A stretch of 61,668 nt of DNA, counting the filler, from Candidatus Omnitrophota bacterium (GTDB taxonomy: Bacteria; Omnitrophota; Gorgyraeia; Zapsychrales; JBDRMG01): NCBI GenBank assembly GCA_043812495.1. It is 9 parts of 9 records of this genome, joined end to end, with 100 filler letters (N's around TTAATTAATTAA, not from the genome) between each part and the next. Parts side by side here need not be neighbours in the genome. Positions count along the whole stretch, not along the records: positions 21,616 to 42,725 come from JBDRMG010000038.1; positions 42,826 to 52,943 come from JBDRMG010000039.1; 7 more parts are not named here. One strand, 5' to 3'. Below are positions 36,752-46,367 of the stretch, piece by piece. A program made the translations under genes and the position numbers. Each line of letters opens with the position of its first letter. Position 1 is the stretch's first letter. The notes below the pieces were generated by a model. It was not told where the DNA came from, did no database searches, and saw only the letters and a program-made list of their open reading frames with translations.

Positions 36752-38392
36752 CTATTCCGAAAGCCTGACAATGGTGCCTTTGCGCCTGGCTTGGTGAAAG
36801 GCAAAATTCATAACTCTTAAGCCAAGGGCCAAATAAAGGATGATCAGGCCGAAGCCCTTGAATAGCCCATGGGATAAAATCGGCGTAAATCCGAAATGCG
36901 CGCAGAAATATTCAAGAAAATACGTCATCGGTATCGCTTGAGCCACATAAAAGAAAAATTTGGGTAGCGTGCTCACCGGATAATAAATGCCGCTCACAAG
37001 CATAAAAAGATACGCGAACATCCATGCGGTGATTTCCGCTTTCTGTCCGAAGATGAGAATCAAGACGCTCACCAACAACCCTAAAAGAAGCGCTGAGGCG
37101 AAGACGCCCAAAAGGAAAATCAGAAGAACGCCGAACGCCGGAAACTGAAAACCGAAAAACATCATGGCGCAAACGGAAAGAATCCCGAACACAAAACTAC
37201 CGCGCACAATGCCCACGAGCCAGGAACCAAAGAGATTTTCGCTGATTCCCACGGGCGTCAGAAACGTATGCTTCATGCTCTTGGACCAAACTTCATACAA
37301 AAGACTATAAGCCACATCCAGTTGAGTCACCTGTAAAATGCCCGCCGTGATGGCGCCTGTCATGACAAACGCCAAAGCCTGTTCTCTCAACTCAAGAAAA
37401 TCGCCCAACAAACCGATCGAAATGAGGCTCACAATGGGCCAGAACAACAGTTCCATGAACGAGAAAAAATTGCTGACGGCGAATATATAATTGCGGTAAG
37501 TAAAGGCCAGTGTCCGGCGTATCCACAAACCGATGCGTTGTCTATCAAAAAGGGACTCTTGTTCTTCGCTTGTGTCCTCATCAACGGATCCAATCGCGCA
37601 AGGCGCAAAAACGGATACCTGCCCGGAAGCCACCTTTTTTACTTGATGAGCAAGTTTCACAAAAACTTCTTCCAAGTTATCTTTGCCTTCCATGATTTTG
37701 AGCTCACCCGGCTTGGCCAGGCGCAGAAGTGTTCCCGAGTGGATAAAAGCAATGCGTGACGACATCGTGTCGGCTTCTTGCATGTTGTGCGTTGTCAAAA
37801 GAATGGTCAGCTTTTTCTTTTTGTAAATATCCAGAATGCGTTCGCGGATCTTGATCGCGACATCCGGATCAAGCCCAACCGTGGGCTCATCCAGGAAGAT
37901 AATCTTCGGATCATTCAATAGGGCCTTGGCTAAGGACAGTTTTTGTTTGGTTCCGCTGGAGAGTTCGTCAAACCGCTGATGCGTAAAATCTTTCAGATCA
38001 AACATGTCGATTAATTCGCTTACCTTTTGCTCAAGTGCGTACCCCCGCAGGCCGTAGAGAAGGGCATAAAAGGTCAGGTTCTCTTTAACCGTCAAGCTCC
38101 AGGGAAAATTCGGATGTCCCGAGGACATATTGAGAATCCTGCGCAAACGCATGGAGTTTTTAGGCACGGAAACGATATGATTAATTTCTATGCGTCCGCT
38201 ATCAGGTAATAAAAGCGTCGAAAGGATATTGAGGAGTGTGGTTTTGCCGGCGCCGTTGGGGCCCAGGATACCGAGAATCTCGCCTTCAAAAATATCGAGG
38301 TCAATGCCGTCAAGTGCTTTGATGTGCTCGATGCCTCGTGTTTGAGAAATGAATGTCTTCTTTAAATCACGAACTTGAATGATAGGTTTCAT
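36752..38392 (-). CDS. Fused ABC ATPase and ABC-2 permease
   Basis: GPNGAGKT, LSSGT and FLDEPT, followed by six TM helices with SGIYYPVSTLP. Confidence 0.9.
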   Translation of the reverse strand: MKPIIQVRDLKKTFISQTRGIEHIKALDGIDLDIFEGEILGILGPNGAGKTTLLNILSTLLLPDSGRIEINHIVSVPKNSMRLRRILNMSSGHPNFPWSLTVKENLTFYALLYGLRGYALEQKVSELIDMFDLKDFTHQRFDELSSGTKQKLSLAKALLNDPKIIFLDEPTVGLDPDVAIKIRERILDIYKKKKLTILLTTHNMQEADTMSSRIAFIHSGTLLRLAKPGELKIMEGKDNLEEVFVKLAHQVKKVASGQVSVFAPCAIGSVDEDTSEEQESLFDRQRIGLWIRRTLAFTYRNYIFAVSNFFSFMELLFWPIVSLISIGLLGDFLELREQALAFVMTGAITAGILQVTQLDVAYSLLYEVWSKSMKHTFLTPVGISENLFGSWLVGIVRGSFVFGILSVCAMMFFGFQFPAFGVLLIFLLGVFASALLLGLLVSVLILIFGQKAEITAWMFAYLFMLVSGIYYPVSTLPKFFFYVAQAIPMTYFLEYFCAHFGFTPILSHGLFKGFGLIILYLALGLRVMNFAFHQARRKGTIVRLSE

Positions 38393-38651
38393 ATTGATCA
38401 GCTAGTTTTTCTTGAGATTTTCGGAAAAATATATTCTCTATCTCCCATTCAGCAAAAAGATGGGGTCATTATACCTTAAACATGGATCGTAGTGCAGAAA
38501 AAAGCGGCCCGCCCCGCCATCGAATCAGTGGCAGGGCGGGCCGCCCCATCCTCATATAGAAATATTATAACTGTATGTGTTTTGTCCCTGCCCACCAAAA
38601 TCGTTTAATAACTTTGGTGGGGGCCTCTCGCTCATTATCATTCGCTCGAGG

Positions 38652-38753
38652 TAAATTCCGGCATTTGAGTTACGTCATTTCACTCCGTAACTCAAGCCGT
38701 CATTGATCGGCCAGCAACCCCGCCACATTTCGGCGGGGTTGCGGCCTCATTAA
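38652..38753. repeat. Two adjacent GA/GA-family hairpins; the second overlaps the S8 stop codon
   Basis: taaattccggc..gccgtcattga and tcggcc..ggcctcattaa. Confidence 0.78.
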
Positions 38754-41700
38754 AAAGAAAACGACATCTTGGCTTCTTTCCTATTTCCTTTCTTATCAAA
38801 AGCCGTTAGGCGCACAGACCACTGCTTCCCACTTTGAAGTTTACCCGCGTCAATGCGACATAAGAAACCATCTGTCCGAACTGTCCCCGGAGATTCAAGG
38901 ATCTTTTCCCATTTGTCAGATTTTGTTCCTTTGACCAATTCAACCGTGTAGCGTGCCGTATCTCCCCTAATGACACCATACACATCAACATTTGTAACTT
39001 TCTTCTTTTCTTTGTTGATCACGATATCCATAAATCGCGCGGTCAATGGCCTTCCTTTCGCATAGGACAAGGCGCCGTAAGCATTTAAGAATCCTGCGCC
39101 TGTATAGGGATCCCATCCTTTGTCTTCTAAATCCGTCGCCGTATCCAGAAGAATGCCCTCAACATCCTGAGGGGTTAATTTTGGATTCACAGCTAAGAGA
39201 AGCGATGCGGTGCCCGCAACAAACGGAGCCGCAAACGAGGTCCCTTCGGCCTTGTAGCACAAATTTTTCATTTCCGCCGTCGGGCCAGGCCATTTTGAAT
39301 CTCTTGAGTATAGGGAATAAATACTGCGGCCGGGTGCTGCTATCGCAACATTGGCTCCGGTATTTGAGCTCCATACTCTGACTCCCGCTGGATCAATCGA
39401 AGCCACCGAAAGCACATTTCTTGCCGCAGGCGGACCGTAGCTTAAAATATCTTGCGAGTAATTACCTGCCGCAACGACAATGACGCATCCTTTGCTATAG
39501 GCATAATCAATGCCGCGTTGTTCTAATTTCGATCTCCCTAAGCTCCCTAAACTAATATTGATGACTTTCGCTCCATGATCAGCCGCATACACTAAAGCAC
39601 GATAAATATTAACACTGCTGGCCTTTCCTTCTTCATTGCCTACCTTAAGAACCATGATTTGAGCGCCTGGATTCACACCAGAAATAGCAATACCATTGTT
39701 GGCCTGGGCAGCAATAATACCTGTCACAAAGGTTCCGTGTCCTTTGCGATCGGTCAAATCATGATTTTCCTCAAGGAAATTCCACCCATGAATATCGTCG
39801 ATATAACCGTTCTTGTCGTCATCTTTGCCATTATTGGGTTTTTCTTTGGGATTTGTCCAAAAGAATTTTGGCGCATCAGGATGAGTCATATCGAATCCGG
39901 AATCAATGACCGCGACAATCGTATTTTTCTTTTTGGCATCGACTAAGTGCCAGGCTGAATTGGAATCCTCGTACGGAGTAAACCCAATCGCATGCAAACC
40001 CCATTGATCGTCAACTTTATGAGCTGTTTGCCTGGACAAGGAAACAGAATTCCTGTCTGATGGCACATCTGTTTTAATATCATTGGCATTGAAGGAAACC
40101 CATACACCCTTATGACCAACGGCATCAAAATAAAAAGGATCGTTGGGTGTAACGGTTATTTCTTCTTTTTGGTCATCTCTTTTGCGATTCTTCTCCGTAA
40201 AATCTACACCTGGTGCCTGTTTAACGAAATCGCAAAATTTTTCGCAGTCTCTTTTGCGTTCAAAAGAATCTTTAAGACCGTCGGCAATTTCATTGATTTG
40301 TTGATCCGTGACATCAGGCTTCAAAACCATCACATCTCCAAGAGCACTTTGTAAATTGGAAGGGTCAATCGGTATCAAAGGAGAACGCCCGCCCCCTCCG
40401 TTTCTGGCTTGACGAATCGCATCATGCAAGACACGCTCATTGGATTGAAATGATTCTCTATGGATAATATCCACAGGCCGCCCCAAAGGATCATAGACAA
40501 TAATCACAACACCATTTTTGATGCAATCGATCACAATGATCGGCCCCGGAGTACCCGTCGGATCACCAGATTTTGGTGGTTGTGAAACATCATCGGGTTT
40601 AGGCGGCTGTGAAACGTCCTGATCATCGGATGTTTGAACTTGATCTCCTGTCGGTGGGATCGAGACATCCTTCGGACATGGATACAGAGGACATAAAGTC
40701 ACGCCGGCTATATATCTTTCAAACCTTCGATAGCAGCCTTCGATCTCTTCGGTATGTGGTCTTCTGGCGACTGTCGTTGTATTAAGACCCGGGCAGCCTT
40801 GACAGATTTCACATTCACTCGATGGTCGGCAATCGCGCAAGCGCCTTTGAACATCAAATATTTTTTCGCTTAGACTGTTCAAAATTTCATCAACTTTTTG
40901 AGCTACCCGCTCATAGGCGATGATTTGTCGTCTTAAAGCAAAATAATTAACGCTCAAAACATTCCTTTGCCGTTGAACAATCGCTTCCGTTCTTTGATAA
41001 GCAGCTTCAATAACCTTCGTAATATAGTCGACGGCAAATTCGGCTATAAATCCAACAATCGAATCCACCGCTTCTCCCTTGGGATTTTCCATCATGTCTT
41101 TCATGCCGCCCAAAACAAGAATAAGCTTCGTAATGTATTCGATGACTTTTTCGCCCAGCTCATTGACCTTTCCTTTGATATAGCTGTTTTTAATCACGCC
41201 CAGTTCATCAATAATCAGCTGAAGCATATAGGACATTGCCTTTGTCTTTAAATAAACATAGCTTGAGCAGGCCAATTCTTTTTTGCTTGTTTTCTTTTTC
41301 ATCTCTTCCTTAATATCTTTAATGCTTACTTTTCCTTTGGCAAGCTTCTTTAGTTCTTCCTTAAAAGACAAGATGGTTAAGCAAGAGCTGGATATACTGG
41401 CCAAGGCATCAAAGAAAAACTGGAGCTTGATATTTCCGTATTCTCTTTGAAGTGCTTTTTGGTGTTTGTTATAGACGTCGACCAATGTGCGCCTTGCTTT
41501 TGAATGCAAAGACTCAAAACAGTTTTTGAACCGTTGCGTTTCGGACTGGTATTCGCGAAGCTGTCGCTCCCATTGGGCCAGAATGCAGCATTGGGCATCT
41601 GTCAGTTTTGGGCAATCATTTAACTGTTCAATGGTCTCAAAGTCGAATTCAATCGAATCCCAGGCAATATTGATATACCGATAAAGGTCCAAGAGATAAG

Positions 41701-41926
41701 AAACGATTTCATCCGTTGTTTCCTGGACAAGAGTAAAATCCTCTTCTTGGGCAAGAAGCTCATCCAAATCATCTTCACCCAACATTTCCTGCCACTTGGT
41801 CATTTCTGTTTCCAGCTCATCAGGTTCTTCTGCGGCAAAGGCCGTACGGAGAAAACCTTTATTGAGCTCAAGAGGCATGATCGCAAGGATTACGGATAAG
41901 AAGACGGCCATGGATCTTTTTAACAT
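38750..41926 (-). CDS. Secreted S8 (subtilisin-like) protease with a long helical N-terminal region
   Basis: Signal peptide; VAVIDSG, GHGT, AAGN, GTSFAAP. Confidence 0.92.
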   Translation of the reverse strand: MLKRSMAVFLSVILAIMPLELNKGFLRTAFAAEEPDELETEMTKWQEMLGEDDLDELLAQEEDFTLVQETTDEIVSYLLDLYRYINIAWDSIEFDFETIEQLNDCPKLTDAQCCILAQWERQLREYQSETQRFKNCFESLHSKARRTLVDVYNKHQKALQREYGNIKLQFFFDALASISSSCLTILSFKEELKKLAKGKVSIKDIKEEMKKKTSKKELACSSYVYLKTKAMSYMLQLIIDELGVIKNSYIKGKVNELGEKVIEYITKLILVLGGMKDMMENPKGEAVDSIVGFIAEFAVDYITKVIEAAYQRTEAIVQRQRNVLSVNYFALRRQIIAYERVAQKVDEILNSLSEKIFDVQRRLRDCRPSSECEICQGCPGLNTTTVARRPHTEEIEGCYRRFERYIAGVTLCPLYPCPKDVSIPPTGDQVQTSDDQDVSQPPKPDDVSQPPKSGDPTGTPGPIIVIDCIKNGVVIIVYDPLGRPVDIIHRESFQSNERVLHDAIRQARNGGGGRSPLIPIDPSNLQSALGDVMVLKPDVTDQQINEIADGLKDSFERKRDCEKFCDFVKQAPGVDFTEKNRKRDDQKEEITVTPNDPFYFDAVGHKGVWVSFNANDIKTDVPSDRNSVSLSRQTAHKVDDQWGLHAIGFTPYEDSNSAWHLVDAKKKNTIVAVIDSGFDMTHPDAPKFFWTNPKEKPNNGKDDDKNGYIDDIHGWNFLEENHDLTDRKGHGTFVTGIIAAQANNGIAISGVNPGAQIMVLKVGNEEGKASSVNIYRALVYAADHGAKVINISLGSLGRSKLEQRGIDYAYSKGCVIVVAAGNYSQDILSYGPPAARNVLSVASIDPAGVRVWSSNTGANVAIAAPGRSIYSLYSRDSKWPGPTAEMKNLCYKAEGTSFAAPFVAGTASLLLAVNPKLTPQDVEGILLDTATDLEDKGWDPYTGAGFLNAYGALSYAKGRPLTARFMDIVINKEKKKVTNVDVYGVIRGDTARYTVELVKGTKSDKWEKILESPGTVRTDGFLCRIDAGKLQSGKQWSVRLTAFDKKGNRKEAKMSFSF

Positions 41927-42225
41927 ATCATTTCCTTTCTCTTTGATCTTATAGAATTATGATAGGAGCCTCTCGAAAATAGGTCAAGGAAAAAAGAGTA
42001 TTTGATAGGCGTGCAATAGTGAAAGAATGCGGAATGGGGGGGGTGATTACTTAAGAAGGGCGTGCAGGAGAATGGTTGAAAAGGCAATAAGGTGAAGCCA
42101 AGAAAATTTTTGCTTCAACAAATGATGACCGATTTCACTGATTGACCTTAATCAGTATTGAAAGACAGGCCCCCGCCCGCCATTGAATCAATGGCGGGCG
42201 GGGGCCTTTGTGTTCTTTGAATGAC

Positions 42226-42612
42226 TTAGCTCAAGACAAGCTGTTTCTGATTCATCAGCTGCTTGATGGCATCCAGCAATTCTTTCGGGCTAAACGGCTT
42301 GGTAAAGAAAGCATTGGGCCTGACGTTTTCGTCAAATTCCCTGTCATTGTCCTGATGCCGGCCCGTGAGAATGACGATAGGGATGGCTTTATAGGCTTCA
42401 TCACTTTTTAAAACGCTGCAGACAGTGAACCCATTCACTTTGGGCATCATGACGTCCAATATGATCAAGTCTGGCGTCTCTTTTTTGACCTTTTCCAAAG
42501 CCGTTTTCCCATTATAAGAAACGCAGACAAGATAGCCATGGGCTTTGAGTTTGGCCCGCAACAAAGCGACTAACCCGCGATCATCGTCTACAACCAATAT
42601 CTTCTTAGCCAT
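42226..42612 (-). CDS. Single-domain response regulator
   Basis: ILVVDDD, IILDVMMP, ILTG, KPF. Confidence 0.92.
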   Translation of the reverse strand: MAKKILVVDDDRGLVALLRAKLKAHGYLVCVSYNGKTALEKVKKETPDLIILDVMMPKVNGFTVCSVLKSDEAYKAIPIVILTGRHQDNDREFDENVRPNAFFTKPFSPKELLDAIKQLMNQKQLVLS

Positions 42613-42963
42613 TTTTTGCTCCCTAACATAAAGTATAGCATTACCGTCTTAGAGAAGCTTATTTGATGATAATTTTTTATCGCCAAAATATAAAAATAGA
42701 CAGAGAAAACGTTTGCTTTTGAAAGNNNNNNNNNNNNNNNNNNNNNNNNNNNNNNNNNNNNNNNNNNNNTTAATTAATTAANNNNNNNNNNNNNNNNNNN
42801 NNNNNNNNNNNNNNNNNNNNNNNNNGTTTCTTCTTTTTAGTGTTAGAATGCTTTAGCTCCATATGACCTCCTGTTTTTTGTTTGTTTCCACTTACAAATT
42901 AACAGTTTTTTTGGTCTTTGGAGCTTTTTTCTTATTTTGTCTCACTTAATGTTACAATCTTTC

Positions 42964-43036
42964 AAGTCAATATTAGGTCTTCTTTCTCGTATAGAGAGAA
43001 TATTATTGACTGTTCCATTAATAAGGAAAAGACCAA
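42964..43036 (+). mobile_element. 5'-truncated copy of the 103-bp MITE
   Basis: Identical to 24448-24520 and followed by TA. Confidence 0.85.
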
Positions 43037-43090
43037 TAAGAAGGAAACTAAAGAACGATCTTTAGAAAAAAACCATCATCGACAAAGAGC

Positions 43091-43540
43091 TTAGTCATCC
43101 AGGCTTGTTTCGTCGGACCAGTTGACAATATCATCATCTCCCCCCTCAACTCCATCCGGACCGTTAGAAGAGAGGTCAAATTCCTCTTCGTTATGAATAC
43201 CAGGATTCACATAGACATATTCATTGCCCCAGGGATCTTTGGGAATTCTTTTCTTCTTTAAATACGGTCCGCTCCAATTCATGGGAACCGGCGGAGAACT
43301 TGGCTCTTCCAGCATGGCTCTTAACCCCTGCTCGGTAGTAGGATAACGGCCGTTATCTAACTCATATAAATCAAGGGCCGTCGCTAAATTGACCTCAATG
43401 TCGGCCCGGGCTGCGGCCCGTCTGGCCTGCTCGCCGCGTCCGGCTAAATTCGGCACAACCATGGCGACCAGAATTCCGATGATGATCACGACGAGCATGA
43501 TTTCGATTAACGTAAAACCTTTCGTTGCGTTCAGTCTCAT
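43091..43540 (-). CDS. gspG: Type II secretion major pseudopilin GspG
   Basis: GFTLIEIMLV, YPTTEQGL, WSGPYL, DPWG, DDIVNW. Confidence 0.95.
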   Translation of the reverse strand: MRLNATKGFTLIEIMLVVIIIGILVAMVVPNLAGRGEQARRAAARADIEVNLATALDLYELDNGRYPTTEQGLRAMLEEPSSPPVPMNWSGPYLKKKRIPKDPWGNEYVYVNPGIHNEEEFDLSSNGPDGVEGGDDDIVNWSDETSLDD

Positions 43541-43550
43541 ATCTTCCCCC

Positions 43551-44780
43551 TTATCGTATGATGAGATTCATTTTGAAAATAGGCAGCAACATCGCTATGA
43601 CAATAAAACCCACGACAGCGCCGATAGCGACAATCAACAGCGGTTCCAATAAAGACGTTACTGTTTTCACGGATCGATCCGATTGCCGTTCATAGGCATC
43701 CGCTAACTTTTGAAGAGCGTGCTCGAGATGCCCCGATTCTTCACCCACCGCGATAACGCTTCGGCTGGCGTCCGGGAAATGAGGACATTTTCTTAAGGCT
43801 AAACTCAATGAGGCTCCGCCCGCCACCTCTTCGGAGACCTTCCGGATTTCTTTTCTGATCACTTCGTTATCCAAAAGGGCCCATACAGCGTCCAGAGCCG
43901 TCACGATCGTGACCCCGCTCTGAAGTAAAGTCCCGAGCGTACGCGCAAACCGACCGATCTCGACATCTTGAATAAATTTTCCAAGAAAAGGAATCTTTAA
44001 TTTCCATTGGTCCAACCACAACTTTCCTTCAGCACTTTGCGTTAACTTTCTGAAATACCACGCAATCAATAGAGCAACGAAAAGAACCAGCCACCAGAAT
44101 CGTTCCAAAAACTGGCTTAAGGTGATAAGAATAATGGTCGGTAAAGGAAGCGCTTGAGATAAATCATCGAACATCACGGTCAGGCGGGGAATCACAAAGG
44201 TGAGCAAAACAAAAATGGTTGCGGTGCCCACGATCAGCATCAGGGCCGGATAAATGAGACTCGAGCGAACCTTGGCCCGCGTCTCTTCATCCTTGTCGGC
44301 AAATTCGACCAGACGGCCTAGGACCACATCCAGGTTTCCGCTGATCTCGCCGGAATGAATCATATTCACATAGAGTCTGGAAAAAACCTGGGGATATTGC
44401 GCGAGGGCATCCGCCAGACTCCCGCCATCCCGCACAAAGCTCCGTATTCTCTCTATGATTCCCTTGAAAACAGGATTGAGTGTTTGGGCAACAACAACAT
44501 TGAGGGCGCGCAAAAGGGGAACGCCACCTTCGACGAGATCAAAAAGCTGTCGCGTAAACATCGTTCTATCCGTTGACTTAATCCGACGATAGAATAGGGG
44601 ATAAGGGTTTTTTGCTTTTTTGGGGATCCGCCCCTCTTTGGGCGGATGGGTCGAAACATCTAAGGGAGCAAGACCTAAGCGGATGATTTGCGAAATGGCA
44701 CCGTCTAGATTCTCGGCGTCCAGGGATCCGTTGATCGTTTCGCCCGGACCTTTCTTGGCTTTGTAAAAGAATCTCGGCAT
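43551..44780 (-). CDS. gspF: Type II secretion inner-membrane protein GspF/PilC
   Basis: FTRQL, GEISGNL, LIYP, VGEESG, LLEP; start 44780 preferred. Confidence 0.92.
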   Translation of the reverse strand: MPRFFYKAKKGPGETINGSLDAENLDGAISQIIRLGLAPLDVSTHPPKEGRIPKKAKNPYPLFYRRIKSTDRTMFTRQLFDLVEGGVPLLRALNVVVAQTLNPVFKGIIERIRSFVRDGGSLADALAQYPQVFSRLYVNMIHSGEISGNLDVVLGRLVEFADKDEETRAKVRSSLIYPALMLIVGTATIFVLLTFVIPRLTVMFDDLSQALPLPTIILITLSQFLERFWWLVLFVALLIAWYFRKLTQSAEGKLWLDQWKLKIPFLGKFIQDVEIGRFARTLGTLLQSGVTIVTALDAVWALLDNEVIRKEIRKVSEEVAGGASLSLALRKCPHFPDASRSVIAVGEESGHLEHALQKLADAYERQSDRSVKTVTSLLEPLLIVAIGAVVGFIVIAMLLPIFKMNLIIR

Positions 44781-45149
44781 AGTAGTGTTGATTCTAACAT
44801 ACGCCATATTTCATTTCAACCCAGATTTTGCCTGTGTCTATTTAAGGTCACTAGGCAAAATCTGCCTCCCGTGAGATCTGAAAGATCTCACGGGATTAAT
44901 CCCTTACAATCCGAAGGATAGTACGGGGCAAAGGGCCGATTGATTAAATCTCAAAGAGATTTAATCATGCCATCGGGGTTGATCCAAAAATAATTATTGA
45001 GTTTAAAAATTGGATCAAGGCAAATAAAGAAGACAACGAATATGTGGAAGTTTGATAGACCAAGGGAACACGGGGTGGGACAGGAGGGAAAATCAACCCG
45101 TTCGACGCACCCCGCTCTGTTCATGGCGTGGTTTGGCGCCGTCGAAGCA

Positions 45150-45524
45150 TCAATGCGAAACGGGCTCGTCTCTTTTTTCCCTGACGGTTCTTTTCAGAGA
45201 CTGAACAACCTTGAGAACAAAGACTTTGTCGTCGACCACGACGAATTGTTCGCCCACAATTTTATAGATGAATTTGTGAATTCCTTCCTGCGTATCATGT
45301 GTTTTGACGAGATATGTATGAGGGTGTTCTTCTTCTTTTTTCTTTTGTTCGATATAGACCACGAGATCCACGGGATCCGTAAACTCAAGGGTCTCTTTGA
45401 CGCAGTAGACCATCCTTTTCTCAACATCTTGAATAGAGCAACTTTCTTCAAAATGTTCAGATAACAAGAGTTCTGATCTTTTTCTCTCCAACGATGTGAT
45501 ATTCCTGAATAGGAGTTCGCGCAT
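45150..45524 (-). CDS. Hypothetical protein downstream of the c-di-GMP-I riboswitch
   Basis: 124-aa ORF with a GGAGG RBS. Confidence 0.75.
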   Translation of the reverse strand: MRELLFRNITSLERKRSELLLSEHFEESCSIQDVEKRMVYCVKETLEFTDPVDLVVYIEQKKKEEEHPHTYLVKTHDTQEGIHKFIYKIVGEQFVVVDDKVFVLKVVQSLKRTVREKRDEPVSH

Positions 45525-45548
45525 CTCGTCCTCCGTGACCTAAAAAAA

Positions 45549-45627
45549 GAGCCATTCTCAATTAGGGTGATAAATATTTCATAACTTAGATCAAGATAAA
45601 CAGATAAATAAGATTATTAAATGGCCC
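45549..45627. repeat. 79-bp element with GCCATT/AATGGC termini (copy 1)
   Basis: 58/79 ungapped identity (hand count) to 54924-55002. Confidence 0.75.
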
Positions 45628-45789
45628 TGATTCCAGAGATTTTAAGAGACTCCAGAGATTATTCTTTCAATGAGATCATCGCTGTAATCTTCATTAATCA
45701 CCGTAATCAGGTTCTATCATTCAACCTAAATCATAAAGAACCAAAAAAACCTATTCTTTTTCGAAGAATAGGTTGAATCTATGATTAGA

Positions 45790-45988
45790 TTCGGTAGCCA
45801 GACCATCCCAAACTTATTGGGATTCTTGGCTTTGCCCCGGCTTCGCCAAATACTTATCGTGTTTGGCTACGCCGGGCCAGGCGAAGCTAAAGGCGAAAGC
45901 TCTTTAGCGGAGCCTGGGCCCTATTCTTGCGAATTCCGCCAAAATGATTGGCGGATCCGCCACGATTTATGGCGGAAGTTTGCCGTTT
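45790..45988 (-). ncRNA. c-di-GMP-I (GEMM-I) riboswitch interrupted by four hairpin inserts
   Basis: Removing 45836-45917 and 45935-45976 gives AAACGGCAAACTATTCGCAAGAATAGGGCGCAAAGCCAAGAATCCCAATAAGTTTGGGATGGTCTGGCTACCGAA. Confidence 0.8.
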
Positions 45989-46010
45989 CGTCTAACGATC
46001 TCTTGGTATA

Positions 46011-46038
46011 AGTATAATATGATTAAAGGAATGCACAA
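46011..46038 (-). promoter_or_regulatory. Putative sigma70 promoter for the riboswitch leader
   Basis: TTGTGC-16 nt-TATACT on the minus strand, just upstream of the aptamer. Confidence 0.4.
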
Positions 46039-46191
46039 GTGAGGGATGAAAAAGATTGAGGATTCGGGGAAAACGCTTTCTCCGAAGCCAGAATACCGTC
46101 TTCGAAAGACCATGGCTCAACAGCATTTTGCTTCGTCTTTCGGATTGATTCGTTCATTTTAACCTGTCTTACTTTGGGTATGCTTGTCATA

Positions 46192-46220
46192 TTGACAAAA
46201 TTTCTTAGTTATGCTATTAA
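46192..46220 (+). promoter_or_regulatory. Putative sigma70 promoter for the RHS gene
   Basis: TTGACA-17 nt-TATTAA with an extended -10 TG. Confidence 0.55.
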
Positions 46221-46367
46221 AATATATCAAATCTAAATTTGTTTTAATCATTCAATAAAATTTATATGTTTTTCTTCCCTCATCCGTCCATAAAAAGTAA
46301 TCGTCCCGCAAATTTACCAAAACCGAAAAATTACCTATTCAACCCTTTAATAGGGAAAGGACATGCC

